From Flavobacterium sp. (GTDB lineage: Bacteria > Bacteroidota > Bacteroidia > Flavobacteriales > Flavobacteriaceae), in the NCBI RefSeq assembly GCF_039595935.1, contig NZ_JBCNKR010000006.1, positions 1,693,284 to 1,757,283 on the forward strand: a DNA stretch of 64,000 nt, in the 5' to 3' direction. Shown here piece after piece: positions 9,639 to 21,461 of the stretch. The notes under the pieces are model-generated. The model made no database searches. It had not been told where the DNA came from and worked only from the letters and a program-made list of their open reading frames with translations. Made by a program: the position numbers and the translations under genes. Numbering within the stretch: position 1 is the first letter of the stretch; every line of letters begins with the position of its first letter.

Positions 9639-10328
9639 ATGGCAAAATTAACAAAAAAGCAAAAAGAGGCTGCTTCAAAAATTGAAAAGAACAAATTATA
9701 CTCTTTAAAAGATGCTGCTGCATTAATTAAAGTTGTTGCTTCTGCAAAATTTGATGAGTCTGTTGATATCGCAGTTCGTTTGGGTGTTGATCCAAGAAAA
9801 GCGAATCAAATGGTGAGAGGTGTAGTTACTTTACCTCACGGAACAGGAAAAGACGTTAAAGTATTAGCATTGGTTACTCCAGATAAAGAAGCTGAAGCAA
9901 GAGAAGCTGGAGCAGATCACGTTGGTCTTGACGATTACTTACAAAAAATTAAAGACGGTTGGACAGATGTTGATGTGATCATTACTATGCCTGCTGTTAT
10001 GGGTAAATTAGGTCCATTAGGTCGTATTTTAGGACCTAGAGGTTTAATGCCAAACCCTAAAACAGGTACTGTAACTATGGATGTTGCTAAAGCTGTTCAA
10101 GAAGTTAAAGCTGGTAAAATTGACTTTAAAGTTGATAAAACTGGTATCGTTCACGCAGGAATCGGTAAAGTTTCTTTTGGAGCTGAGCAGATTGTTGACA
10201 ACGCACACGAAATTATTCAAACATTAATAAAACTTAAACCAACTGCTGCTAAAGGTACATACATCAAAGGTATTCACCTTACAAGCACAATGAGTCCTGC
10301 TATCGCATTAGACCCAAAAGCAGTATAA
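9639..10328 (+). CDS. rplA: 50S ribosomal protein L1
   Basis: 229 aa, full-length L1 similarity, conserved operon position. Confidence 0.95.
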   Translation: MAKLTKKQKEAASKIEKNKLYSLKDAAALIKVVASAKFDESVDIAVRLGVDPRKANQMVRGVVTLPHGTGKDVKVLALVTPDKEAEAREAGADHVGLDDYLQKIKDGWTDVDVIITMPAVMGKLGPLGRILGPRGLMPNPKTGTVTMDVAKAVQEVKAGKIDFKVDKTGIVHAGIGKVSFGAEQIVDNAHEIIQTLIKLKPTAAKGTYIKGIHLTSTMSPAIALDPKAV

Positions 10329-10350
10329 TTGGTAGTTAAAAATTTTTAGT

Positions 10351-10854
10351 ATGACTAGAGAAGAAAAATCAATCGCGATTGAAAATTTAACTGCGCAGTT
10401 AGCTGGTACAAATATCATTTATATTTCTGATATTTCTGGTTTAAACGCAGAGACAACTTCAAGCTTACGTAGAGCTTGTTTCAAGGCAGGTATCAAATTA
10501 GAGGTTGTAAAAAACACTTTGCTTGCAAAAGCAATGGAGGCTTCTGATAATGATTATGGAGATTTACCTACAGTTTTATCTGGTAACAGTGCTATCTTCA
10601 TTTCTGATGTTGCTAATGCACCTGGAAAAATTATCAAAGATTTCCGTAAGAAATCTGATAAACCAGTTTTAAAAGGAGCATACATCAATTCTGAAGTATA
10701 CATCGGAGATAATCAATTAGATGCATTAGCTACGATTAAATCTAAAGAAGAGCTTATTGGAGAAATCATTGGATTATTACAATCTCCAGCTCAAAGAATT
10801 ATTTCTGCTTTACAAAACAAATTCGCAGGAAGCGAAGAAGAAGGAGCAGAGTAA
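10351..10854 (+). CDS. rplJ: 50S ribosomal protein L10
   Basis: 167 aa, operon position between rplA and rplL. Confidence 0.92.
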   Translation: MTREEKSIAIENLTAQLAGTNIIYISDISGLNAETTSSLRRACFKAGIKLEVVKNTLLAKAMEASDNDYGDLPTVLSGNSAIFISDVANAPGKIIKDFRKKSDKPVLKGAYINSEVYIGDNQLDALATIKSKEELIGEIIGLLQSPAQRIISALQNKFAGSEEEGAE

Positions 10855-10944
10855 TTTTGAATTTGGAAGCAGGCTTCCTTATTGCTTAATTAGCGCACAA
10901 TAATTAAATTATATTTTTACAAATCATTTTAAACGATAGAAAAA

Positions 10945-11316
10945 ATGGCAGATTTGAAACAATTCGCAGAACAATTAGTTAACTTAACAGTTAAAGAAGT
11001 TAACGAATTAGCAACAATATTAAAAGACGAGTATGGTATCGAGCCTGCTGCTGCAGCTGTAGTAGTTGCTGCTGGTGGTGGAGAAGGTGCTGCTGAAGAA
11101 GCACAAACTGAATTTACAGTTGTATTGAAAGATGCAGGAGCTTCTAAATTAGCTGTTGTAAAATTAGTTAAAGAATTAACTGGTTTAGGTCTTAAAGAAG
11201 CTAAAGACGTAGTAGACGGTGCTCCAAGTAACGTTAAAGAAGGTGTTTCTAAAGAAGAGGCTGAAGGTCTTAAAAAATCTTTAGAAGAGGCTGGAGCTGT
11301 TGTTGAGCTTAAATAA
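10945..11316 (+). CDS. rplL: 50S ribosomal protein L7/L12
   Basis: 123 aa, Ala/Gly-rich hinge and [20 protein letters not shown]-terminal domain. Confidence 0.95.
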   Translation: MADLKQFAEQLVNLTVKEVNELATILKDEYGIEPAAAAVVVAAGGGEGAAEEAQTEFTVVLKDAGASKLAVVKLVKELTGLGLKEAKDVVDGAPSNVKEGVSKEEAEGLKKSLEEAGAVVELK

Positions 11317-11337
11317 TTAAACTCAGTTTAAGAACTA

Positions 11338-11380
11338 GGTTTAGGTCTTGAGTTAACACTCAAAGGCCTAAACCATTTTT
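11338..11380 (+). terminator. partial terminator/attenuator between rplL and rpoB
   Basis: GGTTTAGGTCTTGAGT/ACTCAAAGGCCTAAACC imperfect stem followed by ATTTTT; analogous position to the known rplL-rpoB attenuator. Confidence 0.55.
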
Positions 11381-11582
11381 CGTATAATAAAATATATATC
11401 AAGTTTTATTATCCCATAGTTTAAAATACGAAAAAGTTTTTGATCAATACGAAGAAAGAAAATCAAACTTATTTTACTGTTTTATTTTTAAAGATGTATT
11501 GATTATAATAAGAAAGTATAGATTAAACAGTGTGTTTTTACACAAAAAAATTACTTTTTTTTAATCAAAATTTTGTCCATTG

Positions 11583-14500
11583 ATGATAACAAATCAGACT
11601 GAAAGATTGAATTTTGCCTCTACAAAAAATATTCCTGACTATCCGGATTTCTTAGATGTTCAGGTTAAATCTTTTAAAGATTTCTTTCAATTAGAAACGA
11701 AATCTGACGAAAGAGGCAACGAAGGGTTATACAACACCTTCATGGAAAACTTTCCAATCACAGATACAAGAAATAACTTTGTATTGGAATTCCTAGATTA
11801 TTTTGTTGATCCGCCGCGTTATACAATTCAAGAATGTATAGAGAGAGGTCTTACTTATAGTGTGCCTTTAAAAGCTAGATTAAAACTATACTGTACAGAT
11901 CCAGAACACGAAGATTTTGAAACTATTGTACAAGATGTTTATCTTGGAACAATTCCTTACATGACTCCTAGTGGTACTTTTGTGATCAATGGTGCCGAGC
12001 GTGTTGTAGTATCTCAATTACACCGTTCTCCAGGGGTTTTCTTTGGACAGTCATTCCATGCAAATGGAACTAAACTTTATTCTGCCAGAGTAATTCCTTT
12101 TAAAGGATCTTGGATAGAATTCTCTACTGATATTAACAGCGTAATGTACGCATATATCGATAGAAAGAAAAAATTACCTGTAACGACTTTATTCCGTGCT
12201 ATCGGTTTCGAAAGAGATAAGGATATCCTTGAAATTTTCGACTTAGCTGAAGAAATTAAAGTATCTAAAACGGGAATTAAGAAATATATTGGAAGAAGAC
12301 TTGCTGCGCGTGTATTGAACACTTGGCATGAGGATTTCGTTGATGAAGATACTGGAGAGGTAGTTTCTATCGAACGTAATGAAATCATCCTTGATCGTGA
12401 TACAATTATCGACAAAGATAATGTTGAAGAGATCATCGATTCTAACGTTAAATCTATTTTGTTACACAAAGAGGATAATAACCAGGCAGATTATGCTATT
12501 ATCCACAACACGTTACAAAAAGACCCTACAAACTCTGAAAAAGAAGCTGTAGAGCACATTTACCGTCAGCTGCGTAACGCTGAACCGCCTGATGAGGAAA
12601 CTGCTCGTGGTATTATAGATAAATTGTTCTTCTCAGATCAACGTTATAACTTAGGTGAAGTTGGTCGTTACAGAATGAACAAAAAATTAGATTTAGATAT
12701 TCCTATGGATAAGCAAGTGCTTACTAAAGAGGATATTATTACAATCGTTAAATATTTGATCGAGTTGATCAACTCTAAAGCAGAGATTGATGATATCGAT
12801 CACTTATCAAACCGTCGTGTTAGAACAGTTGGTGAACAATTGTCTCAACAATTCGGTGTTGGTTTAGCACGTATGGCTAGAACTATTCGTGAGAGAATGA
12901 ACGTTAGAGATAACGAGGTGTTTACACCAATTGATTTGATTAATGCTAAAACATTATCGTCAGTTATCAACTCTTTCTTTGGTACTAACCAGTTATCTCA
13001 ATTTATGGATCAAACGAACCCATTAGCTGAGATTACACACAAAAGAAGACTTTCTGCACTTGGACCAGGTGGACTTTCGAGAGAGAGAGCTGGTTTCGAG
13101 GTTCGTGACGTTCACTATACGCACTATGGTCGTTTATGTCCGATTGAAACTCCTGAGGGACCAAACATTGGTTTGATTTCTTCTCTTGGGGTTTATGCAA
13201 AAGTAAACGGAATGGGATTCATCGAAACTCCATACCGTAAAGTAACAAATGGTGTTGTTGATTTAGAAAGCGCACCGGTTTACTTAAGTGCTGAAGAAGA
13301 AGAAGGTAAAATGATTGCTCAGGCAAACATTGAGATGGATACTACTGGTAAAATTACAGCTAGCAATGTTATTGCTCGTGAGGAGGGTGACTTCCCAGTT
13401 GTTGAACCATCTGTTGTTCATTATACAGACGTTGCTCCTAACCAGATCGCTTCGATTTCTGCATCTTTGATTCCTTTCTTGGAGCATGATGATGCTAACC
13501 GTGCGTTGATGGGATCGAACATGATGCGTCAGGCAGTTCCTTTGATCCGTCCTGAAGCTCCGATTGTTGGTACAGGTTTAGAGCGTCAGGTAGCTTCTGA
13601 CTCAAGAGTATTAATCAATGCTGAAGGGCATGGTACTGTTGAATACGTAGATGCTAACATCATTACTATTAAATACGATCGTACAGAAGACGAGAGAATG
13701 GTTAGTTTTGATGCTGATGAGAAAACGTACAACCTTATTAAATTTAGAAAAACCAATCAAGGTACAAGTATCAACTTGAAACCAATCGTAAGAAGAGGTG
13801 ACAGAGTTGTTCCTGGTCAAGTATTGTCTGAAGGATATGCTACTCAAAATGGAGAATTAGCTTTAGGTAGAAACTTAAAAGTTGCGTTCATGCCATGGAA
13901 AGGATACAACTTCGAGGATGCGATTGTAATTTCTGAGAAAGTAGTTCGTGATGATATTTTTACTTCTATCCACGTTGATGATTATTCATTAGAGGTTAGA
14001 GATACTAAGTTAGGAAACGAAGAGTTAACAAACGATATTCCTAACGTTTCTGAAGAAGCTACTAAAGACTTAGATGAAAACGGTATGATCAGAATTGGAG
14101 CAGAGGTTAAACCTGGCGATATTTTGATCGGAAAAATTACACCAAAAGGAGAATCGGACCCTACTCCAGAGGAGAAATTGCTTCGTGCAATCTTTGGAGA
14201 TAAAGCAGGTGATGTAAAAGATGCTTCATTAAAAGCTTCTCCTTCTTTACATGGTGTAGTTCTTGACAAAAAATTATTTGCAAGAGCCGTAAAAGATAAA
14301 CGTAAACGTACTCAGGATAAAGATGCTTTAGGCGCTTTAGAAATGGAATTCGAAACTAAATTTGTTGAATTAAAAGACAGATTGGTTGAGAAATTATTCT
14401 TGATCGTTAACGGAAAAACATCTCAAGGTGTAATGAATGATTTGGGTGAAGAAGTTTTACCAAAAGGTAAAAAATATACTCAAAAAATGCTTTACGCAGT

Positions 14501-15395
14501 AGAAGATTTTGCTCACTTAAGCAAAGGTCAGTGGGTTGCTGATGATGCTACTAATAAAATGGTTAATGATTTAATTCATAACTATAAAATTAAGCTAAAC
14601 GACTTACAAGGATCTTTAAGAAGAGAAAAATTCACTATTACAGTTGGAGATGAATTACCATCTGGAATCTTGAAATTGGCTAAAATCTATATCGCTAAAA
14701 AACGTAAGTTAAAAGTTGGTGATAAAATGGCAGGACGTCACGGTAACAAAGGTATTGTTGCAAGGATCGTTCGTCACGAAGATATGCCTTTCTTAGAAGA
14801 TGGAACACCAGTAGATATCGTATTGAATCCACTTGGGGTACCTTCACGTATGAACATTGGTCAGATTTATGAAACAGTATTAGGATGGGCTGGTATGAAC
14901 TTGGGTAGGAAATTTGCTACTCCAATCTTCGACGGTGCTTCTCTAGACGAAATCAATGCTTTGACTGATGAAGCTGGAGTACCACGTTTTGGACATACTT
15001 ACCTATTTGATGGTGGAACTGGAGAGCGTTTTGCACAAAAAGCAACTGTGGGTGTAATTTACATGCTTAAATTAGGACACATGGTTGATGATAAGATGCA
15101 CGCACGTTCTATCGGACCATACTCATTGATTACGCAACAACCACTTGGAGGTAAGGCTCAATTTGGAGGTCAGCGTTTTGGAGAGATGGAGGTTTGGGCA
15201 CTTGAGGCTTATGGAGCTTCTAGTACACTACGTGAAATCTTAACTGTTAAGTCTGATGACGTTATTGGTAGAGCTAAAACTTACGAAGCTATCGTTAAGG
15301 GTGAAACTATGCCAGAACCAGGTTTACCAGAATCATTCAATGTATTAATGCACGAATTGAAAGGTCTAGGTTTAGATCTTCGTTTGGAAGAATAA
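11583..15395 (+). CDS. rpoB: DNA-directed RNA polymerase subunit beta
   Basis: 1270 aa from ATG 11583 (TTG at 11580 also possible); full-length RpoB. Confidence 0.98.
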   Translation: MITNQTERLNFASTKNIPDYPDFLDVQVKSFKDFFQLETKSDERGNEGLYNTFMENFPITDTRNNFVLEFLDYFVDPPRYTIQECIERGLTYSVPLKARLKLYCTDPEHEDFETIVQDVYLGTIPYMTPSGTFVINGAERVVVSQLHRSPGVFFGQSFHANGTKLYSARVIPFKGSWIEFSTDINSVMYAYIDRKKKLPVTTLFRAIGFERDKDILEIFDLAEEIKVSKTGIKKYIGRRLAARVLNTWHEDFVDEDTGEVVSIERNEIILDRDTIIDKDNVEEIIDSNVKSILLHKEDNNQADYAIIHNTLQKDPTNSEKEAVEHIYRQLRNAEPPDEETARGIIDKLFFSDQRYNLGEVGRYRMNKKLDLDIPMDKQVLTKEDIITIVKYLIELINSKAEIDDIDHLSNRRVRTVGEQLSQQFGVGLARMARTIRERMNVRDNEVFTPIDLINAKTLSSVINSFFGTNQLSQFMDQTNPLAEITHKRRLSALGPGGLSRERAGFEVRDVHYTHYGRLCPIETPEGPNIGLISSLGVYAKVNGMGFIETPYRKVTNGVVDLESAPVYLSAEEEEGKMIAQANIEMDTTGKITASNVIAREEGDFPVVEPSVVHYTDVAPNQIASISASLIPFLEHDDANRALMGSNMMRQAVPLIRPEAPIVGTGLERQVASDSRVLINAEGHGTVEYVDANIITIKYDRTEDERMVSFDADEKTYNLIKFRKTNQGTSINLKPIVRRGDRVVPGQVLSEGYATQNGELALGRNLKVAFMPWKGYNFEDAIVISEKVVRDDIFTSIHVDDYSLEVRDTKLGNEELTNDIPNVSEEATKDLDENGMIRIGAEVKPGDILIGKITPKGESDPTPEEKLLRAIFGDKAGDVKDASLKASPSLHGVVLDKKLFARAVKDKRKRTQDKDALGALEMEFETKFVELKDRLVEKLFLIVNGKTSQGVMNDLGEEVLPKGKKYTQKMLYAVEDFAHLSKGQWVADDATNKMVNDLIHNYKIKLNDLQGSLRREKFTITVGDELPSGILKLAKIYIAKKRKLKVGDKMAGRHGNKGIVARIVRHEDMPFLEDGTPVDIVLNPLGVPSRMNIGQIYETVLGWAGMNLGRKFATPIFDGASLDEINALTDEAGVPRFGHTYLFDGGTGERFAQKATVGVIYMLKLGHMVDDKMHARSIGPYSLITQQPLGGKAQFGGQRFGEMEVWALEAYGASSTLREILTVKSDDVIGRAKTYEAIVKGETMPEPGLPESFNVLMHELKGLGLDLRLEE

Positions 15396-15407
15396 TTAAA
15401 AATGTAG

Positions 15408-15433
15408 TAGAGACGTGATTAATCACGTCTCTA
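15408..15433. repeat. 26-bp perfect palindrome directly after the rpoB stop
   Basis: TAGAGACGTGATT|AATCACGTCTCTA. Confidence 0.8.
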
Positions 15434-15653
15434 TATTCATATTTATAATAGGTTTTTAAAGATTTATACCCGTAACCCGTTCCGATTTTTTATAAAAATG
15501 CGAGGCATTTTATAACTAGCACTTCAAAATTCAGTTTTGAGGTTTAGAGAAGTAACCCGAGGTAGTAGCTGAATGATTAACTCTTAAATTTTAAGAGTAG
15601 ATTATAAATCTAAATTCAATTTTTTAATTGCAAATAAATCAATAGTAAAAACT

Positions 15654-18600
15654 ATGATGAATAACAGAAACAATAAAGATAAAAATCCAGTAAAAAGATT
15701 TAACAAAATTTCTATTGGATTGGCTTCACCAGAATCTATCTTGAAAGAATCAAGAGGAGAGGTTTTAAAGCCAGAAACAATCAACTATAGAACTCACAAA
15801 CCAGAGCGTGACGGACTTTTCTGCGAAAGAATCTTCGGACCAGTAAAAGATTTCGAATGTGCTTGTGGTAAGTATAAAAGAATTCGTTACAAAGGTATCA
15901 TCTGTGACCGTTGTGGTGTTGAAGTTACTGAGAAAAAAGTACGTCGTGATAGAGTAGGACACATCAACCTTGTTGTGCCAATTGCTCACATCTGGTATTT
16001 CCGTTCTCTTCCAAACAAAATTGGTTATATCCTTGGTCTTCCATCTAAAAAATTAGATATGATTATTTACTACGAAAGATACGTAGTAATCCAGGCAGGT
16101 ATTGCTAAAAATGCAGATGGAGAATCTTTACAAAGATTAGATTTCTTAACTGAAGAAGAATACCTAAACATTTTAGATACTCTTCCACAAGAAAACCAAT
16201 ATTTAGATGATTTAGATCCTAATAAGTTTGTTGCCAAGATGGGAGCAGAGTGTATTATGGATTTATTAGCTCGTATTGACCTAGATGCTTTATCTTATGA
16301 ATTAAGACACAGTGCTAACAACGAGACTTCTAAACAAAGAAAAACTGAGGCTTTAAAAAGATTACAAGTTGTTGAATCTTTCCGTGAGTCTAACGAAAAC
16401 CGCGAAAACCGTCCAGAATGGATGATTATGAAAGTGGTTCCAGTTATTCCACCAGAATTACGTCCGCTTGTGCCACTTGATGGAGGTCGTTTTGCAACTT
16501 CAGATTTGAACGACTTATACCGTCGTGTAATCATCCGTAATAACCGTTTGAAAAGATTAATGGAGATTAAAGCTCCAGAAGTTATCTTAAGAAACGAAAA
16601 ACGTATGTTACAGGAATCTGTAGATTCATTATTCGATAACACACGTAAAGCTTCTGCTGTTAAAACAGAATCAAACAGACCATTAAAATCATTATCTGAT
16701 TCCTTAAAAGGTAAGCAAGGGCGTTTCCGTCAAAACTTACTTGGAAAACGTGTGGATTATTCTGCTCGTTCGGTAATTGTCGTTGGTCCTGAGTTAAAAT
16801 TATATGAGTGTGGATTGCCAAAAGATATGGCTTCTGAATTATACAAACCTTTCGTTATCCGTAAATTGATCGAAAGAGGTATTGTAAAAACAGTAAAATC
16901 TGCTAAGAAAATCATTGATAAGAAAGAGCCTGTAGTTTGGGATATCCTTGAAAACGTAATTAAAGGACACCCAGTATTGCTGAACCGTGCTCCTACTTTG
17001 CACAGACTTGGTATTCAGGCTTTCCAGCCAAAATTAATTGAAGGAAAAGCGATCCAGTTACACCCATTAGTATGTACGGCATTCAACGCCGATTTCGATG
17101 GTGACCAGATGGCGGTTCACTTACCATTAGGACCAGAGGCGATTTTAGAGGCGCAATTATTAATGTTGGCTTCTCACAATATCTTGAACCCTGCAAATGG
17201 TGCGCCTATCACTGTACCTTCTCAGGACATGGTCTTGGGTCTATACTATATGACCAAAGAGCGTATTTCTACAGAAGATCACAAAATTATCGGTCAGGAT
17301 TTAACTTTCTATTCTGCTGAAGAAGTAAATATTGCATTAAACGAAGGAAGATTAGAATTGAATGCTCGTGTGAAAATCAGAGCTAAAGATTTTAATGATG
17401 AAGGAAAATTAGTGTACAAAATCATCCAGACAACTGCAGGACGTGTATTATTTAACGAAGTAGTACCTGAAGCAGCTGGATATATCAACGACGTATTGAC
17501 TAAGAAAAACCTTAGAGATATTATCGGACACATTTTAAGTGTGACTGATGTACCTACAACGGCTGCTTTCTTGGATAATATGAAAGATATGGGATACAAA
17601 TTCGCATTTAGAGGAGGTTTATCATTCTCTTTAGGTGACATTAGAATTCCAGAACAAAAAACGAAGTTAATTGCAGATGCCAGAGAGCAAGTTGAAGGTA
17701 TCTCAACTAACTATAACATGGGTCTTATCACAAATAATGAGCGTTACAACCAAGTTATTGACGTATGGACTTCAGCAAATGCTCAGTTAACAGAGTTAGC
17801 AATGAAAAATATTAGAGAAGACCAGCAAGGTTTCAACTCTGTATATATGATGCTTGACTCTGGGGCGAGGGGTTCTAAGGAGCAGATTCGTCAGTTAACT
17901 GGTATGCGTGGTTTGATGGCTAAGCCTAAAAAATCTACTGCTGGTGGTGGTGAGATTATTGAAAACCCGATTCTTTCTAACTTTAAGGAAGGGCTTTCGA
18001 TCCTTGAGTACTTCATTTCTACTCACGGTGCTCGTAAAGGTCTTGCGGATACGGCTCTTAAAACGGCCGATGCTGGTTACTTAACAAGAAGGCTTCACGA
18101 CGTTTCTCAAGATGTTATTGTTAACATCGAGGATTGTGGAACTTTAAGAGGTGTTGAAGTTGCTGCATTGAAGAAAAATGAGGAAATCGTTGAATCTTTA
18201 GGTGAGAGAATTTTAGGACGTGTTGCATTACAAGACGTTATCAATCCTCTTACTAATGAGATCATGGTTAGATCTGGTGAGCAAATCACTGAATCTATCG
18301 TTAAAACTATCGAAGCTTCTCCAATTGAAAAAGTTGAAGTTAGATCTCCATTAACTTGTGAGGCTTTAAAAGGAATTTGTGCTAAATGTTACGGTAGAAA
18401 CTTAGCTACTGGTAAGATGACACAAAGAGGTGAAGCTGTCGGAGTTATTGCAGCTCAGTCTATTGGAGAGCCAGGTACACAGTTGACACTTCGTACGTTC
18501 CACGTTGGAGGGGTTGCCGGAGGTATCTCTGAAGAATCAAGTATTGTTACAAGATTCGCAGGTAGACTTGAAATTGAAGATTTAAAAACAGTAAAAGGAG

Positions 18601-19961
18601 AAGACAGCGAAGGAAATTCTGTTGATATTGTGGTTTCACGTTCAACTGAGTTGAAATTAGTTGACGAGAAAACTGGAATTGTTTTAAATACACATAACAT
18701 TCCTTACGGTTCTAGTATTTTCGTTGGAGATGGCGAAACTGTAGCTAAAGGAACTGTAATCTGTAAATGGGATCCATATAACGGTGTAATTGTTTCTGAG
18801 TTTACTGGTAAGATTGCTTACGAAGATTTAGAGCAAGGACAATCGTTCATGGTTGAGATCGATGAGCAGACTGGTTTCCAGGAAAAAGTAATTTCTGAGG
18901 CTAGAAACAAAAAATTAATCCCAACTTTATTAGTTTATGGTAAAGAAGGTGAATTGATTCGTTCTTACAACTTACCAGTAGGTGCACACTTAATGGTTGA
19001 AAATGGTGAGAAGATTAAAGCGGGTAAAGTATTAGTAAAAATCCCACGTCGTTCTTCTAAAGCGGGCGATATCACGGGAGGTTTACCAAGAATTACTGAG
19101 CTTTTAGAGGCTCGTAACCCTTCAAACCCAGCAGTTGTATCTGAAATTGATGGAGTTGTATCTTTTGGTAAAATCAAAAGAGGTAACCGTGAGATCGTTA
19201 TCGAGTCTAAATTTGGTGAAATTAAAAAGTATTTAGTTAAACTTTCTAGTCAAATCTTAGTACAAGAAAATGACTTCGTAAGAGCGGGAGTTCCATTGTC
19301 TGATGGTGCAATTACACCAGATGATATCTTAAGAATTCAAGGGCCAGCGGCTGTTCAACAGTACTTGGTAAATGAAATTCAAGAGGTTTACCGTTTACAA
19401 GGGGTAAAAATCAATGACAAACACTTCGAGGTTGTAATTCGTCAGATGATGCGTAAAGTAAAAGTGGAAGATCCGGGAGATACTCTATTCTTAGAAGATC
19501 AATTGATCCATACTAAAGACTTTATCCTTCAAAATGATAAATTATACGGAATGAAAGTGGTTGAAGATGCTGGAGATTCTTCAGTATTGAAACCAGGTCA
19601 AATCATTACTCCTCGTGAGTTACGTGACGAAAATTCATTATTGAAACGTACAGATAAAAATCTTGTTGTAGCAAGAGATGTAATCACTGCAACTGCAACG
19701 CCAGTTCTTCAAGGTATTACAAGAGCTTCGTTACAAACTAAATCATTCATTTCTGCGGCTTCATTCCAGGAGACAACGAAAGTACTTAACGAAGCTGCAG
19801 TAGCTGGTAAAGTAGATGACTTAGAAGGATTAAAAGAAAATGTAATTGTTGGACATAGAATTCCTGCAGGAACTGGTATGAGAGAATACGATAACACTAT
19901 CGTAGGATCTAAAGACGATTACAACGAAATGATGGCTAATAAAGAAGAATACATTTATTAA
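15654..19961 (+). CDS. rpoC: DNA-directed RNA polymerase subunit beta'
   Basis: 1435 aa; zinc-binding CxCGKY..C..CGV and NADFDGD catalytic motif. Confidence 0.98.
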   Translation: MMNNRNNKDKNPVKRFNKISIGLASPESILKESRGEVLKPETINYRTHKPERDGLFCERIFGPVKDFECACGKYKRIRYKGIICDRCGVEVTEKKVRRDRVGHINLVVPIAHIWYFRSLPNKIGYILGLPSKKLDMIIYYERYVVIQAGIAKNADGESLQRLDFLTEEEYLNILDTLPQENQYLDDLDPNKFVAKMGAECIMDLLARIDLDALSYELRHSANNETSKQRKTEALKRLQVVESFRESNENRENRPEWMIMKVVPVIPPELRPLVPLDGGRFATSDLNDLYRRVIIRNNRLKRLMEIKAPEVILRNEKRMLQESVDSLFDNTRKASAVKTESNRPLKSLSDSLKGKQGRFRQNLLGKRVDYSARSVIVVGPELKLYECGLPKDMASELYKPFVIRKLIERGIVKTVKSAKKIIDKKEPVVWDILENVIKGHPVLLNRAPTLHRLGIQAFQPKLIEGKAIQLHPLVCTAFNADFDGDQMAVHLPLGPEAILEAQLLMLASHNILNPANGAPITVPSQDMVLGLYYMTKERISTEDHKIIGQDLTFYSAEEVNIALNEGRLELNARVKIRAKDFNDEGKLVYKIIQTTAGRVLFNEVVPEAAGYINDVLTKKNLRDIIGHILSVTDVPTTAAFLDNMKDMGYKFAFRGGLSFSLGDIRIPEQKTKLIADAREQVEGISTNYNMGLITNNERYNQVIDVWTSANAQLTELAMKNIREDQQGFNSVYMMLDSGARGSKEQIRQLTGMRGLMAKPKKSTAGGGEIIENPILSNFKEGLSILEYFISTHGARKGLADTALKTADAGYLTRRLHDVSQDVIVNIEDCGTLRGVEVAALKKNEEIVESLGERILGRVALQDVINPLTNEIMVRSGEQITESIVKTIEASPIEKVEVRSPLTCEALKGICAKCYGRNLATGKMTQRGEAVGVIAAQSIGEPGTQLTLRTFHVGGVAGGISEESSIVTRFAGRLEIEDLKTVKGEDSEGNSVDIVVSRSTELKLVDEKTGIVLNTHNIPYGSSIFVGDGETVAKGTVICKWDPYNGVIVSEFTGKIAYEDLEQGQSFMVEIDEQTGFQEKVISEARNKKLIPTLLVYGKEGELIRSYNLPVGAHLMVENGEKIKAGKVLVKIPRRSSKAGDITGGLPRITELLEARNPSNPAVVSEIDGVVSFGKIKRGNREIVIESKFGEIKKYLVKLSSQILVQENDFVRAGVPLSDGAITPDDILRIQGPAAVQQYLVNEIQEVYRLQGVKINDKHFEVVIRQMMRKVKVEDPGDTLFLEDQLIHTKDFILQNDKLYGMKVVEDAGDSSVLKPGQIITPRELRDENSLLKRTDKNLVVARDVITATATPVLQGITRASLQTKSFISAASFQETTKVLNEAAVAGKVDDLEGLKENVIVGHRIPAGTGMREYDNTIVGSKDDYNEMMANKEEYIY

Positions 19962-19972
19962 TTTAGGAAACT

Positions 19973-20284
19973 ATGAGTAATCCGAAACAACAACAAGAGC
20001 AAATTAATATTGAGTTAGACGAAACTGTCGCAGAAGGAATTTATTCAAATCTTGCGATTATTAATCACTCATCATCTGAGTTTGTTTTAGATTTTGTGAG
20101 CATTATGCCAGGTATTCCTAAAGCCAAGGTAAAGTCAAGAATTGTCCTGACACCACAACATGCTAAAAGATTATTAAGAGCTATAGGTGAAAACATCCAC
20201 AGATTTGAGGCAGCCCACGGTGAAATCAAAGAAACGGAACAAGCACCAATTCCGCTTAACTTCGGTCCTGCGGGACAAGCATAA
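19973..20284 (+). CDS. DUF3467-like protein
   Basis: 103 aa, 11 nt after rpoC; GIYSNLAIINHSSSEFVLDF pattern recalls DUF3467 proteins that follow rpoC in Bacteroidota (recognition only). Confidence 0.6.
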   Translation: MSNPKQQQEQINIELDETVAEGIYSNLAIINHSSSEFVLDFVSIMPGIPKAKVKSRIVLTPQHAKRLLRAIGENIHRFEAAHGEIKETEQAPIPLNFGPAGQA

Positions 20285-20289
20285 ATTTT

Positions 20290-20319
20290 AAAAGCCCCAT
20301 TTTTTATGGGGCTTTTTTT
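20290..20319 (+). terminator. intrinsic terminator of the rpoBC-DUF3467 unit
   Basis: AGCCCCAT/ATGGGGCT stem, T-loop, T-run. Confidence 0.8.
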
Positions 20320-20476
20320 ATGACTTAAAAATAAATGCAGTTTACCCGATTTAATTTACTTTAATCGACTAAATTTCTTTTCGTTTGGGTATTACTTTAA
20401 TTTTGTAATTCCTATGAAAGATTAATTTTTGAAATATAATGACTTAGTAAGGTTGATTTAATTCAAAGTTTAAAAG

Positions 20477-20507
20477 AGCGCTAAATAAATTAATTAGCGC
20501 TTTTTTT
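20477..20507 (+). terminator. orphan intrinsic terminator (no ORF upstream)
   Basis: AGCGCTAA/TTAGCGCT stem, 9-nt loop, T7 run; only 2-9 codon ORFs between 20320 and 20476. Confidence 0.6.
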
Positions 20508-20634
20508 ATGCTCGAAAATAAGTGGTTTATGTTTTAATGTGATTTTTTCGCAGTTCTTTCCAACCTTTCTGTAAAAAATATACTCTATATAAGTAAGAAT
20601 CATTTTTAAAAGAATTTAACTTAAAAAGTATAGT

Positions 20635-21375
20635 ATGAAAAAAAAATTCACCTTAGAAATAGCAAAGCCTTGTTCTGAAAATTTTGATAAAATGGTTCCT
20701 AATTCTAAAGGATCATTTTGCGATTCTTGTATGAAGACTGTTATTGATTTGAGTAAAAAATCAAATTCTGAAGTTGCGAAATTCATTGCAGAAAATAAAG
20801 ACCAAAATATTTGTGCAAGATTAAAAACATCACAGCTTGAAGAAGAGTTTGTGTATAATGAGACTTCTAAACTCAATAATTTAAAATATGCGGCAGTTGC
20901 CGCAACAATTTTGCTTGCTTCAAATCTTACTGCACAAGAAAAAGAGCCTGTTAAAACCGAAAAAGCCTGTACAGAGCCTATGTATAGATTAGGTAAAGTT
21001 GTTTCTAATCAAACTGTAAATGAAGAAGTTTTGGTAACTGTAAAAGGGAAATTATTAGAAGAAAAAACAAATAAACCGTTTGATAATAAGATATATCCTG
21101 ATTTAGTTCTGTCAATAAACGGTTCGCAGAGCATTATAAAACTAAATCCAAAAACGGGAGAATTTTCTATTCCTGTAAAAGTTTTATCTGCCAGTAAAAC
21201 TCTAACAATCAGCATTACGGCAAACGATTATTATCTTTCAAAAACGATAGATTTCGATATAAAATCAGTAAAAAATAATGTATTACAGCAAAACATAATT
21301 ATTAATGCCGATGAACTTTCCAGAATTGAGCCTTTAATGATGGGAGGATTAGGAATAAATTATTCCAACAAATAA
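20635..21375 (+). CDS. hypothetical membrane-anchored protein with Cys-rich N-terminus
   Basis: 246 aa; PCSENF...FCDSC segment, one TM helix (LKYAAVAATILLASNL), beta-rich C-terminal part; no family recognised. Confidence 0.6.
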   Translation: MKKKFTLEIAKPCSENFDKMVPNSKGSFCDSCMKTVIDLSKKSNSEVAKFIAENKDQNICARLKTSQLEEEFVYNETSKLNNLKYAAVAATILLASNLTAQEKEPVKTEKACTEPMYRLGKVVSNQTVNEEVLVTVKGKLLEEKTNKPFDNKIYPDLVLSINGSQSIIKLNPKTGEFSIPVKVLSASKTLTISITANDYYLSKTIDFDIKSVKNNVLQQNIIINADELSRIEPLMMGGLGINYSNK

Positions 21376-21408
21376 AAATTACAAAAGGTTGATTAGATTG
21401 ATTAATGA

Positions 21409-21440
21409 AAAAGGCTGTCTAAACTAATAGACAGCCTTTT
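21409..21440. terminator. bidirectional terminator between convergent genes
   Basis: AAGGCTGTCTA/TAGACAGCCTT stem flanked by an A-run and a T-run. Confidence 0.75.
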
Positions 21441-21461
21441 GTATTTATTTTTTTAATAGAA

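Noticed and set aside
12077-19897. Series of 60-130 aa ORFs antisense to rpoB and rpoC (for example 12077-12469, 16295-16642, 17309-17641).
   Set aside because: They are shadow ORFs inside conserved genes with no independent start context or terminators.
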